64,000 bases of DNA from Candidatus Poribacteria bacterium (GTDB lineage: Bacteria > Poribacteria > WGA-4E > WGA-3G). Below are positions 30,305 to 40,423 of the stretch, in pieces (positions within the stretch are counted from its first letter, which is position 1; every line of letters begins with the position of its first letter). A model generated the notes under the pieces. The model ran no database searches. It worked only from the letters and a program-made list of their open reading frames with translations, and was not told the origin of the DNA. The DNA lies in contig CBDBFU010000027.1 in NCBI GenBank assembly GCA_965205025.1, forward strand, positions 1 to 64,000. Reading direction: 5' to 3'. The position numbers and the translations under genes were made by a program.

Positions 30305-32653
30305 ATGAGATTTAATCGAGAGTGTTTTCTTTACTATAGTTTCTATGTATTGATGCTTTTGGGTGTGGCGTTTCCGCAGCTGAGTGTATCGGAAGATGCT
30401 GTGTCTGAAACAGATGCCGTAGTAGAAACCAAGGCAAAAGCGTCAACGGTACGAGTAGTCGGTGGCAACCTTTCTCGCTCAGGTGCTGGGAGTGGTTTCT
30501 TTGTAGAACCGGATAAGGTTGTTACGAATCTCCATGTAGTTTTAGTACCGGGACCAATATTTGTCAGACTGGATGGTAATAAAGAAATCTGGTCTGTGGA
30601 GAGTGTTATTGCGTATGATATGAATAATGATCTTGCGATCTTGAAAATATCGGGTCCAGGTATTCCACTCCCTTTGGCTGATAGTAATACAGTTGAAGTG
30701 GATGACATACTTTATGCTTCTGGGTATCCTGGTGGCGGAGAATATAAGTTTACAAAAGGTGTTTTGCACGAATCAAATAATAAAGAGAAATTATTAGAGA
30801 CGACGGTAGAAACTTCGTCTGGTAGTAGCGGTGGACCTATGCTAAACATTGATGCAGAAGTGGTTGGCATTTGCGTGGGTGGGTCTGAGTTGTATAGTTA
30901 TGCCATTGTTTCGAATGCGCTTAAGGCTTTACTCTTAGAACAGAATGAGACAATACCGTTAATCGAATGGTTTAAAAAAGACGATGTCCGCGCGTATTCA
31001 CGTTACCAACGAGGTCGAGACAAACATAATATGAATGAGTTTAATGGGGGAATAGTTGATGTGAGTGAATCTATTAAACTTGCTCCGAATTTTGTTAAAC
31101 CCTATGCTGAACGTGCACACTTACATTCCCATTTAGGCGATTTAGAAGCAGTACAAGGACGGATGAATAAGGCGCGGAAACATTATCAAGATTCTCTTGC
31201 AGATTATACAGAAGTGGTCAGATTCACCCCTGAAGATGATGTGGCTTATAATCGTCGGGGGCACATGTATGCACATTATGGTCAAGTTGAGGTTGATCAC
31301 GATAACCTCGTTGTAGCGAAGGAACAATATAACGCATCGTTAGTGGATTACAATAGAGCAATTTCGTTAGATCCTGAGTTTGATGACAACTATGCGGGAC
31401 GTGGTTGGGTAAGACATCAGCTTGGACAACTATATGCTAAACAAGATGATATAATGGCCGCCCGAAAGTTGTATCAAGAGTCTATATATGATTTTAATGA
31501 GGCAATAAGGTTGAATCCGAGAGAAGGTGAAAACTATAGTGGTCGTAGTTGGGTAAGGTTTCTCTTTGGACAGTTAATTGAGAAAAACGGGAATCTTTTT
31601 GCAGCTAAAGAATACTATCGGGATGCAATGATAGACAGCGATAAAGCGATAGAATTGGATTCAGAGAAAGCACACGCCTATTATAGACGTGGTGCGGTGA
31701 AGGCTTCATTAAGTCTCTATAAAAGTGCTATTGAGGATTTTGATGTTGCTTTGAAGCTGAAGTCAGATTACAAGAAAGCCTATACTGCTCGGGGTGAGTC
31801 AAAGGTTGAACTTGGTCAAATTGACGCAGCGGAGGTAGACTTCAGGAAGGCTAAGCAGTCTATTGGTCAAGGTTTCGTATCTGCTGAGGAAATAGATAGG
31901 GCAGCGGAAGAGATGGTTTTGATACCTGGTGGTGAGTATCAGATGGGTAGCAAACAGGCTTATGCGGCACCAGAACACACAGTTTATGTTGATGCGTTTT
32001 ATATTGATGCTTTTGAGGTGACGAATGCCCAATTCAAAGCTTTTATTGATGCGAATCCAGAGTGGCGTAAAGACACTATTCCACGGGAATATCATAATGG
32101 TCGTTATTTACGCCTTTGGGATGGGGACAACTATCCGGAGGGTAAAGGGAATCATCCTGTTGTGTATGTGAGTTGGTATGCGGCGATGGCTTATGCTTCT
32201 TGGGTAGGTAAACGTCTTCCGACTGAGGCGGAATGGGAGAAGGCGGCACGTGGTGGCGTTGTGGGTCAAAGGTATGTTTGGGGTGATGTACGTGATCCAA
32301 GTAAATCGAACTATGGGTATTTTGATACGAATACGTTGGCAGTTGGTAGTTATTTACCTAATGGGTATGGTTTGTATGATATGGGTGGAAATGTGTTGGA
32401 ACTATGCTTGGATGAATATGATAAGGATTATTATAAGAGTTCTCCGAAAGAGAATCCACTCTGTGGGGATATGGATAAGGATGTTTTGTTGAGAGATTTT
32501 TTGGATGTGCGTACACGTCGTGTTTCGCGTGGGGGTTCTTGGAATTCGCCTGGTCCAGCGCAGACGGCTGACCGTGGTAGGGGTTTACCGTCAAATACGA
32601 ATAGTTGGGTTGGGTTTCGCTGTGTTAAAGATGGTATACAATTGGTTGATTAG
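30305..32653 (+). CDS. Secreted trypsin-like protease-TPR-FGE/SUMF1 fusion protein
   Basis: GSGFF..VTNLHVV, NDLAIL, GSSGGP; multiple TPRs; EVTNAQF, HPVVYVSW, RLPTEAEWEKAARGG, DMGGNV, RGGSW, GFRC. Confidence 0.88.
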   Translation: MRFNRECFLYYSFYVLMLLGVAFPQLSVSEDAVSETDAVVETKAKASTVRVVGGNLSRSGAGSGFFVEPDKVVTNLHVVLVPGPIFVRLDGNKEIWSVESVIAYDMNNDLAILKISGPGIPLPLADSNTVEVDDILYASGYPGGGEYKFTKGVLHESNNKEKLLETTVETSSGSSGGPMLNIDAEVVGICVGGSELYSYAIVSNALKALLLEQNETIPLIEWFKKDDVRAYSRYQRGRDKHNMNEFNGGIVDVSESIKLAPNFVKPYAERAHLHSHLGDLEAVQGRMNKARKHYQDSLADYTEVVRFTPEDDVAYNRRGHMYAHYGQVEVDHDNLVVAKEQYNASLVDYNRAISLDPEFDDNYAGRGWVRHQLGQLYAKQDDIMAARKLYQESIYDFNEAIRLNPREGENYSGRSWVRFLFGQLIEKNGNLFAAKEYYRDAMIDSDKAIELDSEKAHAYYRRGAVKASLSLYKSAIEDFDVALKLKSDYKKAYTARGESKVELGQIDAAEVDFRKAKQSIGQGFVSAEEIDRAAEEMVLIPGGEYQMGSKQAYAAPEHTVYVDAFYIDAFEVTNAQFKAFIDANPEWRKDTIPREYHNGRYLRLWDGDNYPEGKGNHPVVYVSWYAAMAYASWVGKRLPTEAEWEKAARGGVVGQRYVWGDVRDPSKSNYGYFDTNTLAVGSYLPNGYGLYDMGGNVLELCLDEYDKDYYKSSPKENPLCGDMDKDVLLRDFLDVRTRRVSRGGSWNSPGPAQTADRGRGLPSNTNSWVGFRCVKDGIQLVD

Positions 32654-32774
32654 TTATTGGTTTTTGGTTGTTGGTTATCAGTTTTCAGCCAACTTTACCC
32701 ATCCTTTACTTATCTTTTTGTTGATTTTTATAGATTATTATTGTATTATCTTAATAGTGCTAACCTGGTGATTA

Positions 32775-33176
32775 ATGAGTGATGAAAAAGAAGATTCAAT
32801 CTTATCTGAAATATTAATAGAATGGACACCATCTGTTCTCTGGCGTTCATTCACTATTGTCTTAATTTATTTTATCTGGCAATTAATAGATACAAACGGT
32901 GATTTTAATAAAGTCCTATTGAACATAGGTACAATAATGCCATTAACAATTCTATTGGCTTCACTTACTTTAGAAAGGAGAGGTTTTGTTATGTTCACTG
33001 AATTATGGGTTAAGCGTAGAATCGCCAAAGCAAAAGCCGAAGGTAAAGCCGAAGGTAAAGCCGAAGGTAAAGCCGAAAGTAAGACTAAGTTACAAAATCT
33101 TCAATCCGAATGGGAAACTTGGGTAAAAAATGGAAAAGATCCTAAAAATATGCCTGAACTCCCAAAGGATCTATAA
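32775..33176 (+). CDS. Hypothetical membrane protein with KAEG tandem repeats
   Basis: Two hydrophobic segments; 12-bp repeat AAAGCCGAAGGT about 3.7 times at ~33033-33080. Confidence 0.65.
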   Translation: MSDEKEDSILSEILIEWTPSVLWRSFTIVLIYFIWQLIDTNGDFNKVLLNIGTIMPLTILLASLTLERRGFVMFTELWVKRRIAKAKAEGKAEGKAEGKAESKTKLQNLQSEWETWVKNGKDPKNMPELPKDL

Positions 33177-33374
33177 TCTACAATTACGCTTTTGCCAGGC
33201 TTCTCTCACTGACAAACTTATCAAATATGCTATCCATATCACGATAATTGTATTTATACCATTTCTATTTAAATAGTTCACATTACGGGTGTTCTTAGTA
33301 ATCACTAAAGGTCTGTGGTACAAAGATTTGTGGGATTCGGGAATTGGAATTCCCTCCTACAGAAGAGGTGTGTT

Positions 33375-35615
33375 TTAATAACGGCTTAGCAGTTCTATAC
33401 CCCAGAATCGTGGTTCATTGACATAACCCGTTAGGTTGTTGAAATCTATGCCACCTGTGGGGGATGTGTCGTTGAGTATGTTTCTTCCAAAGATGGCTAT
33501 CTCTGAATATGCATGTGGGAATTGACATGCAAGGCGTATCCCTCCCTCTAAGAGTGAATCATCACTATATTCCACAGAGTCATATAGAAAGAAGTGGACT
33601 CGACTACGATATGCCCAGTCTGTGGATGCGATAAGACGGTAGCCTGCAGGTAGTTCGATAAGATAACTTGCCTCAATGTCTGCAATCCATGCGGGTGCTT
33701 GCGGTAAAGTGTTACCGTCAATAGAATATGTATTCTCTACCGAACCGACAGGATCAAGCACAGTACATGGGGCACCACACCCTTGTATTGCTAAATTTGG
33801 ATCATCAATTTGGGTGTGGTTGTAACTGAATCCTGTTGTTATTGCGAATGTGTATATTGGGTTAAAAGCAATTTCTACCTCCACCCCGCGCCCGATTGTG
33901 TTTTCAACGTTAACCAACCGATTGAAATTCGCTTCTCCACCGACAGCCGTAAGTTGTTGATCCTGCATAGTGTAGTTGAATGCTGCGAGATTTAGGTGTA
34001 ATCGTTGATCCCATAGGCGCATCTTTGTTCCAAGTTCAACTGAATGTATGGTTTCTGTATCTGCTACCGTAACTTCGTTTCCAAAGAGTAAGCGTCCCTG
34101 TATGCTGGGAGCGCGGAAGCCTCGTGCACCCCGTAGATATGTCTGCATGTTTGAGGTGATCTCATATCGTAGGTTTAGGTCTCCACTCCAGACTGTGTCT
34201 TGTGGGTTTTTATGAATGGGACCGAGTGTGCCAGCTTCTGTAGTGGCAGGTGCTTGGTCTCTCCATGCGGTGTAATCCTTTACATCATTAGACAATCGTA
34301 TACCAGCCCCTAATTCCAGAGGATCCGCCAGTTGGTATGTCATTGCGGCAAATGCTGCACTTCCGGTAGCAGTTTGTTCTTGGCGTACGATTCCATCCAA
34401 AGACCCACCCGCCAATGTGTTGTAATTGAAATCCTCCATCTCAACGAATTCATGGAAGTAGTATAGTCCGAAGAGATATGTAATGGGAAGGTTTTCTGGA
34501 CTCATGAATCTGAGTTCTTGACTGAATTGCTGTAAGCGGGGTATACCGGAAGCTGTTTCTGAAGGAAAAGGGATATTACCTGGTCCGCTTGGTTGATCGG
34601 ATAAGAAGGCTGCCCCGTATCCGCCATCTATATCTCCGCGAGAAAATGTGGTAAGCCGTTCTATGCCAGTGAGTGATATGATTTCGTGATTTCCAATATC
34701 ATAACTGATTTGAAGGTTCATACCGAATGATTTTAGTGTTTGCTCATTCTGCCCGTCTTGCGAGACGTTTGTTCTATCAAAGTCGTCTATCAATCCACCT
34801 TCTTTTGGTTTGAGTATGTTTGCTCGAAATAGGCGTGCTGTCCCATCAAGATCGCGTGCCTGGAGTTTGAACCATGCTTCCAATTCTGGTGTTGGTGTCC
34901 ATAATAACTGAATCCGTGAGGCTATATCGCGGTGTCCACCCAATGCATATTCTTCGTTAGTGTGTTGATTGTTTACCCAATCACGGCGTGTTTGTGTTAA
35001 TCCTGATATGCGTGCCGATAGAACGTATGGGATGAAAGGTATAGATACTGCTCCTTCAATATTTATTGTGTTTAGGCTGCCATAATTCACACGGCTAAAT
35101 CCATCAGGTTCGTGTGTGGGACGTGCGGATTCAAATTTTACTGTTCCGGCAGGTGTGTTACGTCCGAATAGTGTGCCTTGGGGTCCGCGTAATATTTCAA
35201 TTCGATTTAAGTCAAATGCGGGGAAACCTTTTAGTAATGGGTTTTCCAATACGACTCCATCGTAGAGTACTGATACGGGTTGTGATGCATTGAGATCGAA
35301 GTCTGTGTTGCCGAGTCCTCGAATGTAAAAGCGAGGGAAGACTCTACCGAAGGACGATTCCATTTGTAGACTGGGTGTTCGGTTGGATAGAAATCGAAGA
35401 TCTAATCCTGATGCGCGTATAGCGTTGGATTTATCCCCATATATTGTGGAAACGGATAGGGGTACGTTAAAAGGTTGTTGGGTGCGTTTTTGGGCAGTTA
35501 CCACAATATCATCTAAGGTATAGATTTCGTCTGTGTTTTCGTTGGCAATGGCGGATATGGATATGATTAATATTGCTAAGATAGATATGATGGTGAGTTG
35601 TTTGGTTTGGTGCAT
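33375..35615 (-). CDS. TonB-dependent receptor
   Basis: DIVVTAQKR TonB box, IRGLG, RIEILRGPQGTLFGRN plug motif, C-terminal EPRFWGIEL..Y. Confidence 0.92.
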   Translation of the reverse strand: MHQTKQLTIISILAILIISISAIANENTDEIYTLDDIVVTAQKRTQQPFNVPLSVSTIYGDKSNAIRASGLDLRFLSNRTPSLQMESSFGRVFPRFYIRGLGNTDFDLNASQPVSVLYDGVVLENPLLKGFPAFDLNRIEILRGPQGTLFGRNTPAGTVKFESARPTHEPDGFSRVNYGSLNTINIEGAVSIPFIPYVLSARISGLTQTRRDWVNNQHTNEEYALGGHRDIASRIQLLWTPTPELEAWFKLQARDLDGTARLFRANILKPKEGGLIDDFDRTNVSQDGQNEQTLKSFGMNLQISYDIGNHEIISLTGIERLTTFSRGDIDGGYGAAFLSDQPSGPGNIPFPSETASGIPRLQQFSQELRFMSPENLPITYLFGLYYFHEFVEMEDFNYNTLAGGSLDGIVRQEQTATGSAAFAAMTYQLADPLELGAGIRLSNDVKDYTAWRDQAPATTEAGTLGPIHKNPQDTVWSGDLNLRYEITSNMQTYLRGARGFRAPSIQGRLLFGNEVTVADTETIHSVELGTKMRLWDQRLHLNLAAFNYTMQDQQLTAVGGEANFNRLVNVENTIGRGVEVEIAFNPIYTFAITTGFSYNHTQIDDPNLAIQGCGAPCTVLDPVGSVENTYSIDGNTLPQAPAWIADIEASYLIELPAGYRLIASTDWAYRSRVHFFLYDSVEYSDDSLLEGGIRLACQFPHAYSEIAIFGRNILNDTSPTGGIDFNNLTGYVNEPRFWGIELLSRY

Positions 35616-35660
35616 TTTAGTTATTTAGCTGTTGGCTATTGGCATTTAGCTATCAGTTGT

Positions 35661-35954
35661 TTAGTTATTGGTTTTATTGAATTCTATTTTTTCTCGTGCC
35701 TCAATTATTGCTTGTTCTATATCGTTTTGTGCCTCTTCCTCATCGACTTTAGGTATTTTATCCCATATTTTTTCCAGTATAGCAAATGATGTTTTTTGCT
35801 GTGTGAATATACGTTCATAAATGTCAATTGGAACAATAGCAGCAAGGGGTTTATCGTCATCTTTTATTATCAATCTATCTCCATTATGGTGAACCCTGTT
35901 CAGAAATTCATTTAACTTCAGTTGTAATTCTACAGTAGAAACTTCTTTACTCAT
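35661..35954 (-). CDS. Phd/YefM-family antitoxin (orphan)
   Basis: VSTVELQLKLNEFLNRV..GDRLII..DKPLAAIVP. Confidence 0.75.
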   Translation of the reverse strand: MSKEVSTVELQLKLNEFLNRVHHNGDRLIIKDDDKPLAAIVPIDIYERIFTQQKTSFAILEKIWDKIPKVDEEEAQNDIEQAIIEAREKIEFNKTNN

Positions 35955-36247
35955 TTGTTGCTCCTAATATCATTTTAATGTCTACTTGTGTCCTTCTCAA
36001 GTATAGCATAAGTTATTTGGAAAATCAAAATAGTTATTGGTTATTGGCTTTCAGCTTTCAGTACTCAGTTAATCTGACTGAATCTCGGATTTCACGGAGG
36101 GATGTAAGGGTCGGGAATCGGAGTTCCAGCATACAGAAGAATCGGAATGATGTAACCTTTTTATCTGATTTTCATTCTTACTTGCAATGATGGTTGAAAA
36201 CAATCTGTTTCATATATATATACTATACGCAAAAATGGAGAAATGTC

Positions 36248-37555
36248 ATGGATAAACATAAGGTTGATGTGTGGGAAACTTTTCTGAATACAATGCAAAA
36301 TCGTGGGGTGTCACATAGTTGGGAGGTGTCTCCAGAGACACAAAGGGAACTGATTGAGTATTTCAAGATGAAAATTGATGCTGGGGTTGTGGATGGCAAG
36401 ACTACTTTTCCAACAGATCTTATTTGGAATGAGTATGTCTGGCGGTTTCCTGATGAAATGCGAGAAGAATTGACCGAATATGCGAGACAGGTTTTTGAAT
36501 CTGATTCGAATAACGGGGCAGCAGCGAAATTCTTGGCAATTGTGACTGCGGGTGTGTCTTACGATTTTCCAACCGATGAATTTTGGGATCTGTATGAAAA
36601 GGTAATGGAATTGATGCCATACGAAGTGGATATGTGCTATTATGCGTTCGAGAATTCCACCCTTGAGATACTCCATGAAGAAGGTGTTGTTGCTCTTGAG
36701 AGGATGTTTGAACGGTATCGTGAAGGTGAGAAACCGACTTTGTATCAGTTGTTGTATCGGTGTTGTTACGACTATTTACATGTTACCTCAAGACCTACAG
36801 ATTTCTATGAGAGGCTTGATCGGGATGATCCGCTTTTCGATCGCTGGACATCGGTATTCGGTAAGATTCAGAATGTGTTTGAAAAACAGTTAGAGAAAAC
36901 CCCTGATCATTGGCATACTGTGCGGATGCTGGGTGAAATTCTTGAGGCGGTAGGTGATACCGATGGTTTGGAAAGGGTATATAAAGAAGCACAGGTTGTC
37001 TTTGAAAGAAAACTGGAACTGGATGAAAATGATTCTGAGGCTTTATACGGATTAGGGAATATCCATGAGAAGTTCGGGAATGCAACGCTTGCCAGAGAAT
37101 ATAGGGTGAGAAAGAATCCGAGTTTGGGTTTTGAAGGTCAACTCATGCCTGATTTCCCTTCTGGTACGGTTGATCTTGATGGGAATCCGATTTCGCTTGC
37201 GGATTATCGTGGTAAATTAGTGTTGGTTGATTTCTGGGCAGTGTGGTGTGGTCCTTGTGTTGGTGAGATTCCGCATATCAAATCTGTCTACGAAAAATAT
37301 CACGATAAAGGTTTCGATGTCATTGGTGTGAGTTTGGATGATGATGTCGATATGTTGCGGAAGTTCAGTACGGAGAAAGGTATATCGTGGCGTCAGGTTA
37401 AGGATGATGGTGGTTTCAGTGGTGGTTTTGCAAAGCAGTATGGTATTCGTAGTATTCCAGCACCGTTTTTGATTGATCCTGATGGTAAGGTTTTAACTAC
37501 AAAAGCGCGTCGTCACGTATTGGATGAGTTGGTTATGAAGGCTATTGGTTGTTAG
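36248..37555 (+). CDS. TlpA/redoxin-domain protein with helical (TPR-like) N-terminus
   Basis: DLDGNPISLADYRGKLVLVDFWAVWCGPC..GVSLD..YGIRSIP; GGAG RBS before ATG 36248. Confidence 0.85.
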   Translation: MDKHKVDVWETFLNTMQNRGVSHSWEVSPETQRELIEYFKMKIDAGVVDGKTTFPTDLIWNEYVWRFPDEMREELTEYARQVFESDSNNGAAAKFLAIVTAGVSYDFPTDEFWDLYEKVMELMPYEVDMCYYAFENSTLEILHEEGVVALERMFERYREGEKPTLYQLLYRCCYDYLHVTSRPTDFYERLDRDDPLFDRWTSVFGKIQNVFEKQLEKTPDHWHTVRMLGEILEAVGDTDGLERVYKEAQVVFERKLELDENDSEALYGLGNIHEKFGNATLAREYRVRKNPSLGFEGQLMPDFPSGTVDLDGNPISLADYRGKLVLVDFWAVWCGPCVGEIPHIKSVYEKYHDKGFDVIGVSLDDDVDMLRKFSTEKGISWRQVKDDGGFSGGFAKQYGIRSIPAPFLIDPDGKVLTTKARRHVLDELVMKAIGC

Positions 37556-37696
37556 TTGTTGGTTTACAGTTTAAATGTAGAATGGACTTTTTTGTAGGAG
37601 CGATCTCCGAATCGCGACCCCCAAATACAGTCGGGAATCGGAGTTCCCTCCTACAGAAGAGTAAGGATTACACGTATATAGTAGAGGATTGTTGTA

Positions 37697-38293
37697 ATGG
37701 ATGAATATCAAGATGATGAATTAGTGCATCAGAATTTGGATGACGCTGATGAGGGTGCATTTGAAATTCTATATCATAGGTATGAAGGTCCTCTACTCAG
37801 TTTTTTCTACCGTCGTGTAAATAATTGGGAGACGGCACAAGATCTTGTGCAAGAGACGTTTATCAAGGTCCACCAAAATCTTGAGAATTTGAAGAAACCG
37901 AAGAGTTTTTCAAGTTGGTTGTTTAGTATTGCGTATCAACTTGTGGCTGCGCATTTCCGTGAAGCACAAAGAAAACTGGAAACGGGGTCGTTGGAGGGGA
38001 ATCCTGAAGCGTATTTGGTGGATCTTGAACATCGATCGCCGATCTATCGGATTATCGGTAAGGAGCAGATGGAGATTGTTATGTCTTTGGTGAAACGGCT
38101 ACCGAAGTCTGAACAGGAGGTCTTTGCGTTGAAGCTTGCGAACCCGAAGATGATGCTTGTTGAGATTGCGGATCGGTTGAATATTGCTGTGTCCGCGACG
38201 AAGGTTCGTATGTATCGTGCAAAAAAAAAGATTGTTGGGTGGATGAAAACGGAATATCCTGGTGAATTTGACCATATATTGGAAGGGAAGTAG
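37697..38293 (+). CDS. ECF sigma-70 family RNA polymerase sigma factor
   Basis: AFEILYHRY, AQDLVQETF, FSSWLFSIA, region 4 EIADRLNI..KVRMYRAK. Confidence 0.9.
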   Translation: MDEYQDDELVHQNLDDADEGAFEILYHRYEGPLLSFFYRRVNNWETAQDLVQETFIKVHQNLENLKKPKSFSSWLFSIAYQLVAAHFREAQRKLETGSLEGNPEAYLVDLEHRSPIYRIIGKEQMEIVMSLVKRLPKSEQEVFALKLANPKMMLVEIADRLNIAVSATKVRMYRAKKKIVGWMKTEYPGEFDHILEGK

Positions 38294-38366
38294 GCTGTTG
38301 GCTATTGGCTATTTATGTAACCTATTTTGTTGTTTTACATTCTGATTATTATAAAGGAGGATATGC

Positions 38367-39089
38367 ATGGTTCCGAATGATGTGAAGGAATTGCTAAAGT
38401 CATTAATTGCGGAAGAATCTCTGCCGATTGATGTTGTTAATGTAACACCGATTGAGAATTATTCGATGTCATCGGATCATACCACGGAGTGCCGTATTAA
38501 AGATGTTATTCAGCAGTGGAATGCCGTGAATGCTGTGAGAAAGAGCCATTCGCGTTCCTCTGGAAAAACGGATATTATGCAATTTTATTCGAAAACTGAT
38601 GTGTCTTCTGCAGGTAAAGAGTTGTTGGAGTCGTTAGATGTTGAATTATTACTTGAATCCATTATTGCTGAACGTGAACTCCCTGTGCGTTATGCGGATC
38701 GCGGGTTCCGATTGGCTACGTTAGCGGAAGAAGATACATCACGGTATCCTGTTAAGATTCTTCATGGGGGTATTCGGTTTGAGAAACGAATTGGAACTCA
38801 GGTGCGGTCATCTGATCTTGAAGGTGTTGTTCATCGGTTTGAAGAGATTTTGAAGGAGAGACGGACGAAATCGAAATTGTTTCATCGTGGGTTTAAGTTG
38901 TTGAAGACTTCTGAAGATAATATCCCGTTACCAGAGATTAAAAGGATTGCGGATGAGATTGTAGGTAGGTTGGGTATTAATTATGTTTTGGATTCGTATA
39001 ATACGCCTGTCTCTGAGGATGTGTATCAATCTACGGATTGTACGAGTGCGAAAATATGTGTGTCTCTGTGGCGGTTTCCGAGGCGATGA
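38367..39089 (+). CDS. Hypothetical soluble protein downstream of the ECF sigma, with internal repeats
   Basis: AGGAGG RBS; repeated LLxSxIAExxLP and RGFxL segments. Confidence 0.7.
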   Translation: MVPNDVKELLKSLIAEESLPIDVVNVTPIENYSMSSDHTTECRIKDVIQQWNAVNAVRKSHSRSSGKTDIMQFYSKTDVSSAGKELLESLDVELLLESIIAERELPVRYADRGFRLATLAEEDTSRYPVKILHGGIRFEKRIGTQVRSSDLEGVVHRFEEILKERRTKSKLFHRGFKLLKTSEDNIPLPEIKRIADEIVGRLGINYVLDSYNTPVSEDVYQSTDCTSAKICVSLWRFPRR

Positions 39090-39255
39090 AGAGAAGATAG
39101 AAGGATGGAAGGAGTAAGATCACAAACTAAAAGTTTGTGGTACAAAGAGAGGGAAGTGTAAGATTCGGGAATCGGAGTTCCCTCGTACAGAAGAGGTGGA
39201 AGATAAAAAGAGTATTTACAAACAATCAAGTTACGTGTAAAATGGAGAATAATAA

Positions 39256-39519
39256 ATGACGTATGTAATCTGTGAACCGTGCATTGATGTTAAAGATCAT
39301 GCGTGTGCGGATGTGTGTCCCGTTGAATGTATACACCCGATGCGTGATGAGGATGCGGAGAAGTTTGAAGAAGTTGACATGCTTTATATTGACCCTGAGG
39401 AGTGTATTGATTGTGATGTATGTGTGCCGGAATGTCCCGTTGAGGCTATCTTTATGGAAGAAGATGTGCCTGAAGAATGGGAACATTTCATTGAGATAAA
39501 TGCTGAATATTTTGAATGA
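39256..39519 (+). CDS. Ferredoxin, FdxA/7Fe type, copy 1
   Basis: MTYVICEPC..CADVCPVECI..YIDPEECIDCDVCVPECPVEAIF. Confidence 0.93.
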   Translation: MTYVICEPCIDVKDHACADVCPVECIHPMRDEDAEKFEEVDMLYIDPEECIDCDVCVPECPVEAIFMEEDVPEEWEHFIEINAEYFE

Positions 39520-39599
39520 CTTATATCGGATGGGGTAAGAAAGCCTATTGTTCTGGTTGACTACTTCTCCGTGAAATCCTAAGAAAGGAGATTACTCAA

Positions 39600-39863
39600 A
39601 TGACGTATGTGATTTGTGAACCTTGCATTGACGAGAAAGATAGTTCTTGTGTTGATGTGTGTCCTGTCGATTGCATTCATCCGCATCCAACGGATGCTGA
39701 GGATGAATTTGAAGAGGTTGAAATGCTCTACATTGATCCTGAAGAATGCATTGATTGTGGTGTATGTGAACCGGAATGTCCTGTTGAGGCTATCTTTATG
39801 GAAGAAGATGTGCCTGAAGAGTGGGAACATTTCATTGAGATTAATGCTGCGTATTTTGAATAA
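39600..39863 (+). CDS. Ferredoxin, FdxA/7Fe type, copy 2
   Basis: MTYVICEPC..CVDVCPVDCI..CIDCGVCEPECPVEAIF. Confidence 0.93.
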   Translation: MTYVICEPCIDEKDSSCVDVCPVDCIHPHPTDAEDEFEEVEMLYIDPEECIDCGVCEPECPVEAIFMEEDVPEEWEHFIEINAAYFE

Positions 39864-39885
39864 ATAGCAGTGTGTATTATATATT

Positions 39886-39930
39886 AAAGGCGTTGTCTGA
39901 ACGGTTGTTTGGATGACGTCTTTTTTTTTT
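39886..39930 (+). terminator. Intrinsic terminator after the ferredoxins
   Basis: AGGCGTTGTCTGAAC / GTTTGGATGACGTCT hairpin with G-U pairs, followed by a T10 run. Confidence 0.7.
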
Positions 39931-40085
39931 GCTGTTGGCTTTCAGCTATCGGCTATCAGTTAATATGGCTGTGCCTCGGATTTCGCGGATAAAAGGGTTT
40001 TGGGGACGGTTAAGTGTGAGATCACAAACTAAAAGTTTGTGGTACAAAGAGATGTTTTTTCTGAAAAACCAATTTTAAATGAAGA

Positions 40086-40160
40086 TACCCCCGACGAGAT
40101 TTGAACTCGTGTCGCCGCCGTGAAAGGGCGGTGTCCTTGGCCAGGCTAGACGACGGGGGC
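40086..40160 (-). tRNA. tRNA-Glu (TTC), CCA not encoded
   Basis: GCCCCCG acceptor, CCGCC-CTTTCAC-GGCGG anticodon arm, GAGTTCAAATCTC T arm. Confidence 0.95.
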
Positions 40161-40166
40161 ATAATT

Positions 40167-40242
40167 TGGTGAGCCGTACAGGAATCGAACCTGTGACCAC
40201 CTGATTAAAAGTCAGATGCTCTACCTGCTGAGCTAACGGCTC
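40167..40242 (-). tRNA. tRNA-Lys (TTT)
   Basis: GAGCCGT acceptor, TAGCTCAG, CTGAC-TTTTAA-TCAG anticodon arm, GGTTCGATTCC, ends ACCA. Confidence 0.96.
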
Positions 40243-40257
40243 AAAGCACAACGTATT

Positions 40258-40286
40258 ATTATACATAGATTTTGACGGATTGTCAA
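40258..40286 (-). promoter_or_regulatory. Consensus sigma70 promoter of the tRNA-Lys/Glu pair
   Basis: TTGACA-17 nt-TATAAT on the minus strand just upstream of tRNA-Lys. Confidence 0.85.
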
Positions 40287-40423
40287 GTTAATTTGTCTGA
40301 ATCGCAGATTACGCGGAGAAGAGGCGGGAGGTTTAGCGTCTCTCCCGCAAGGACGTTCTTGAATAACACAAGTGCCAGTAATTTATACACGCGACTGGCG
40401 GCGACGAGAGATTATGTATGATC

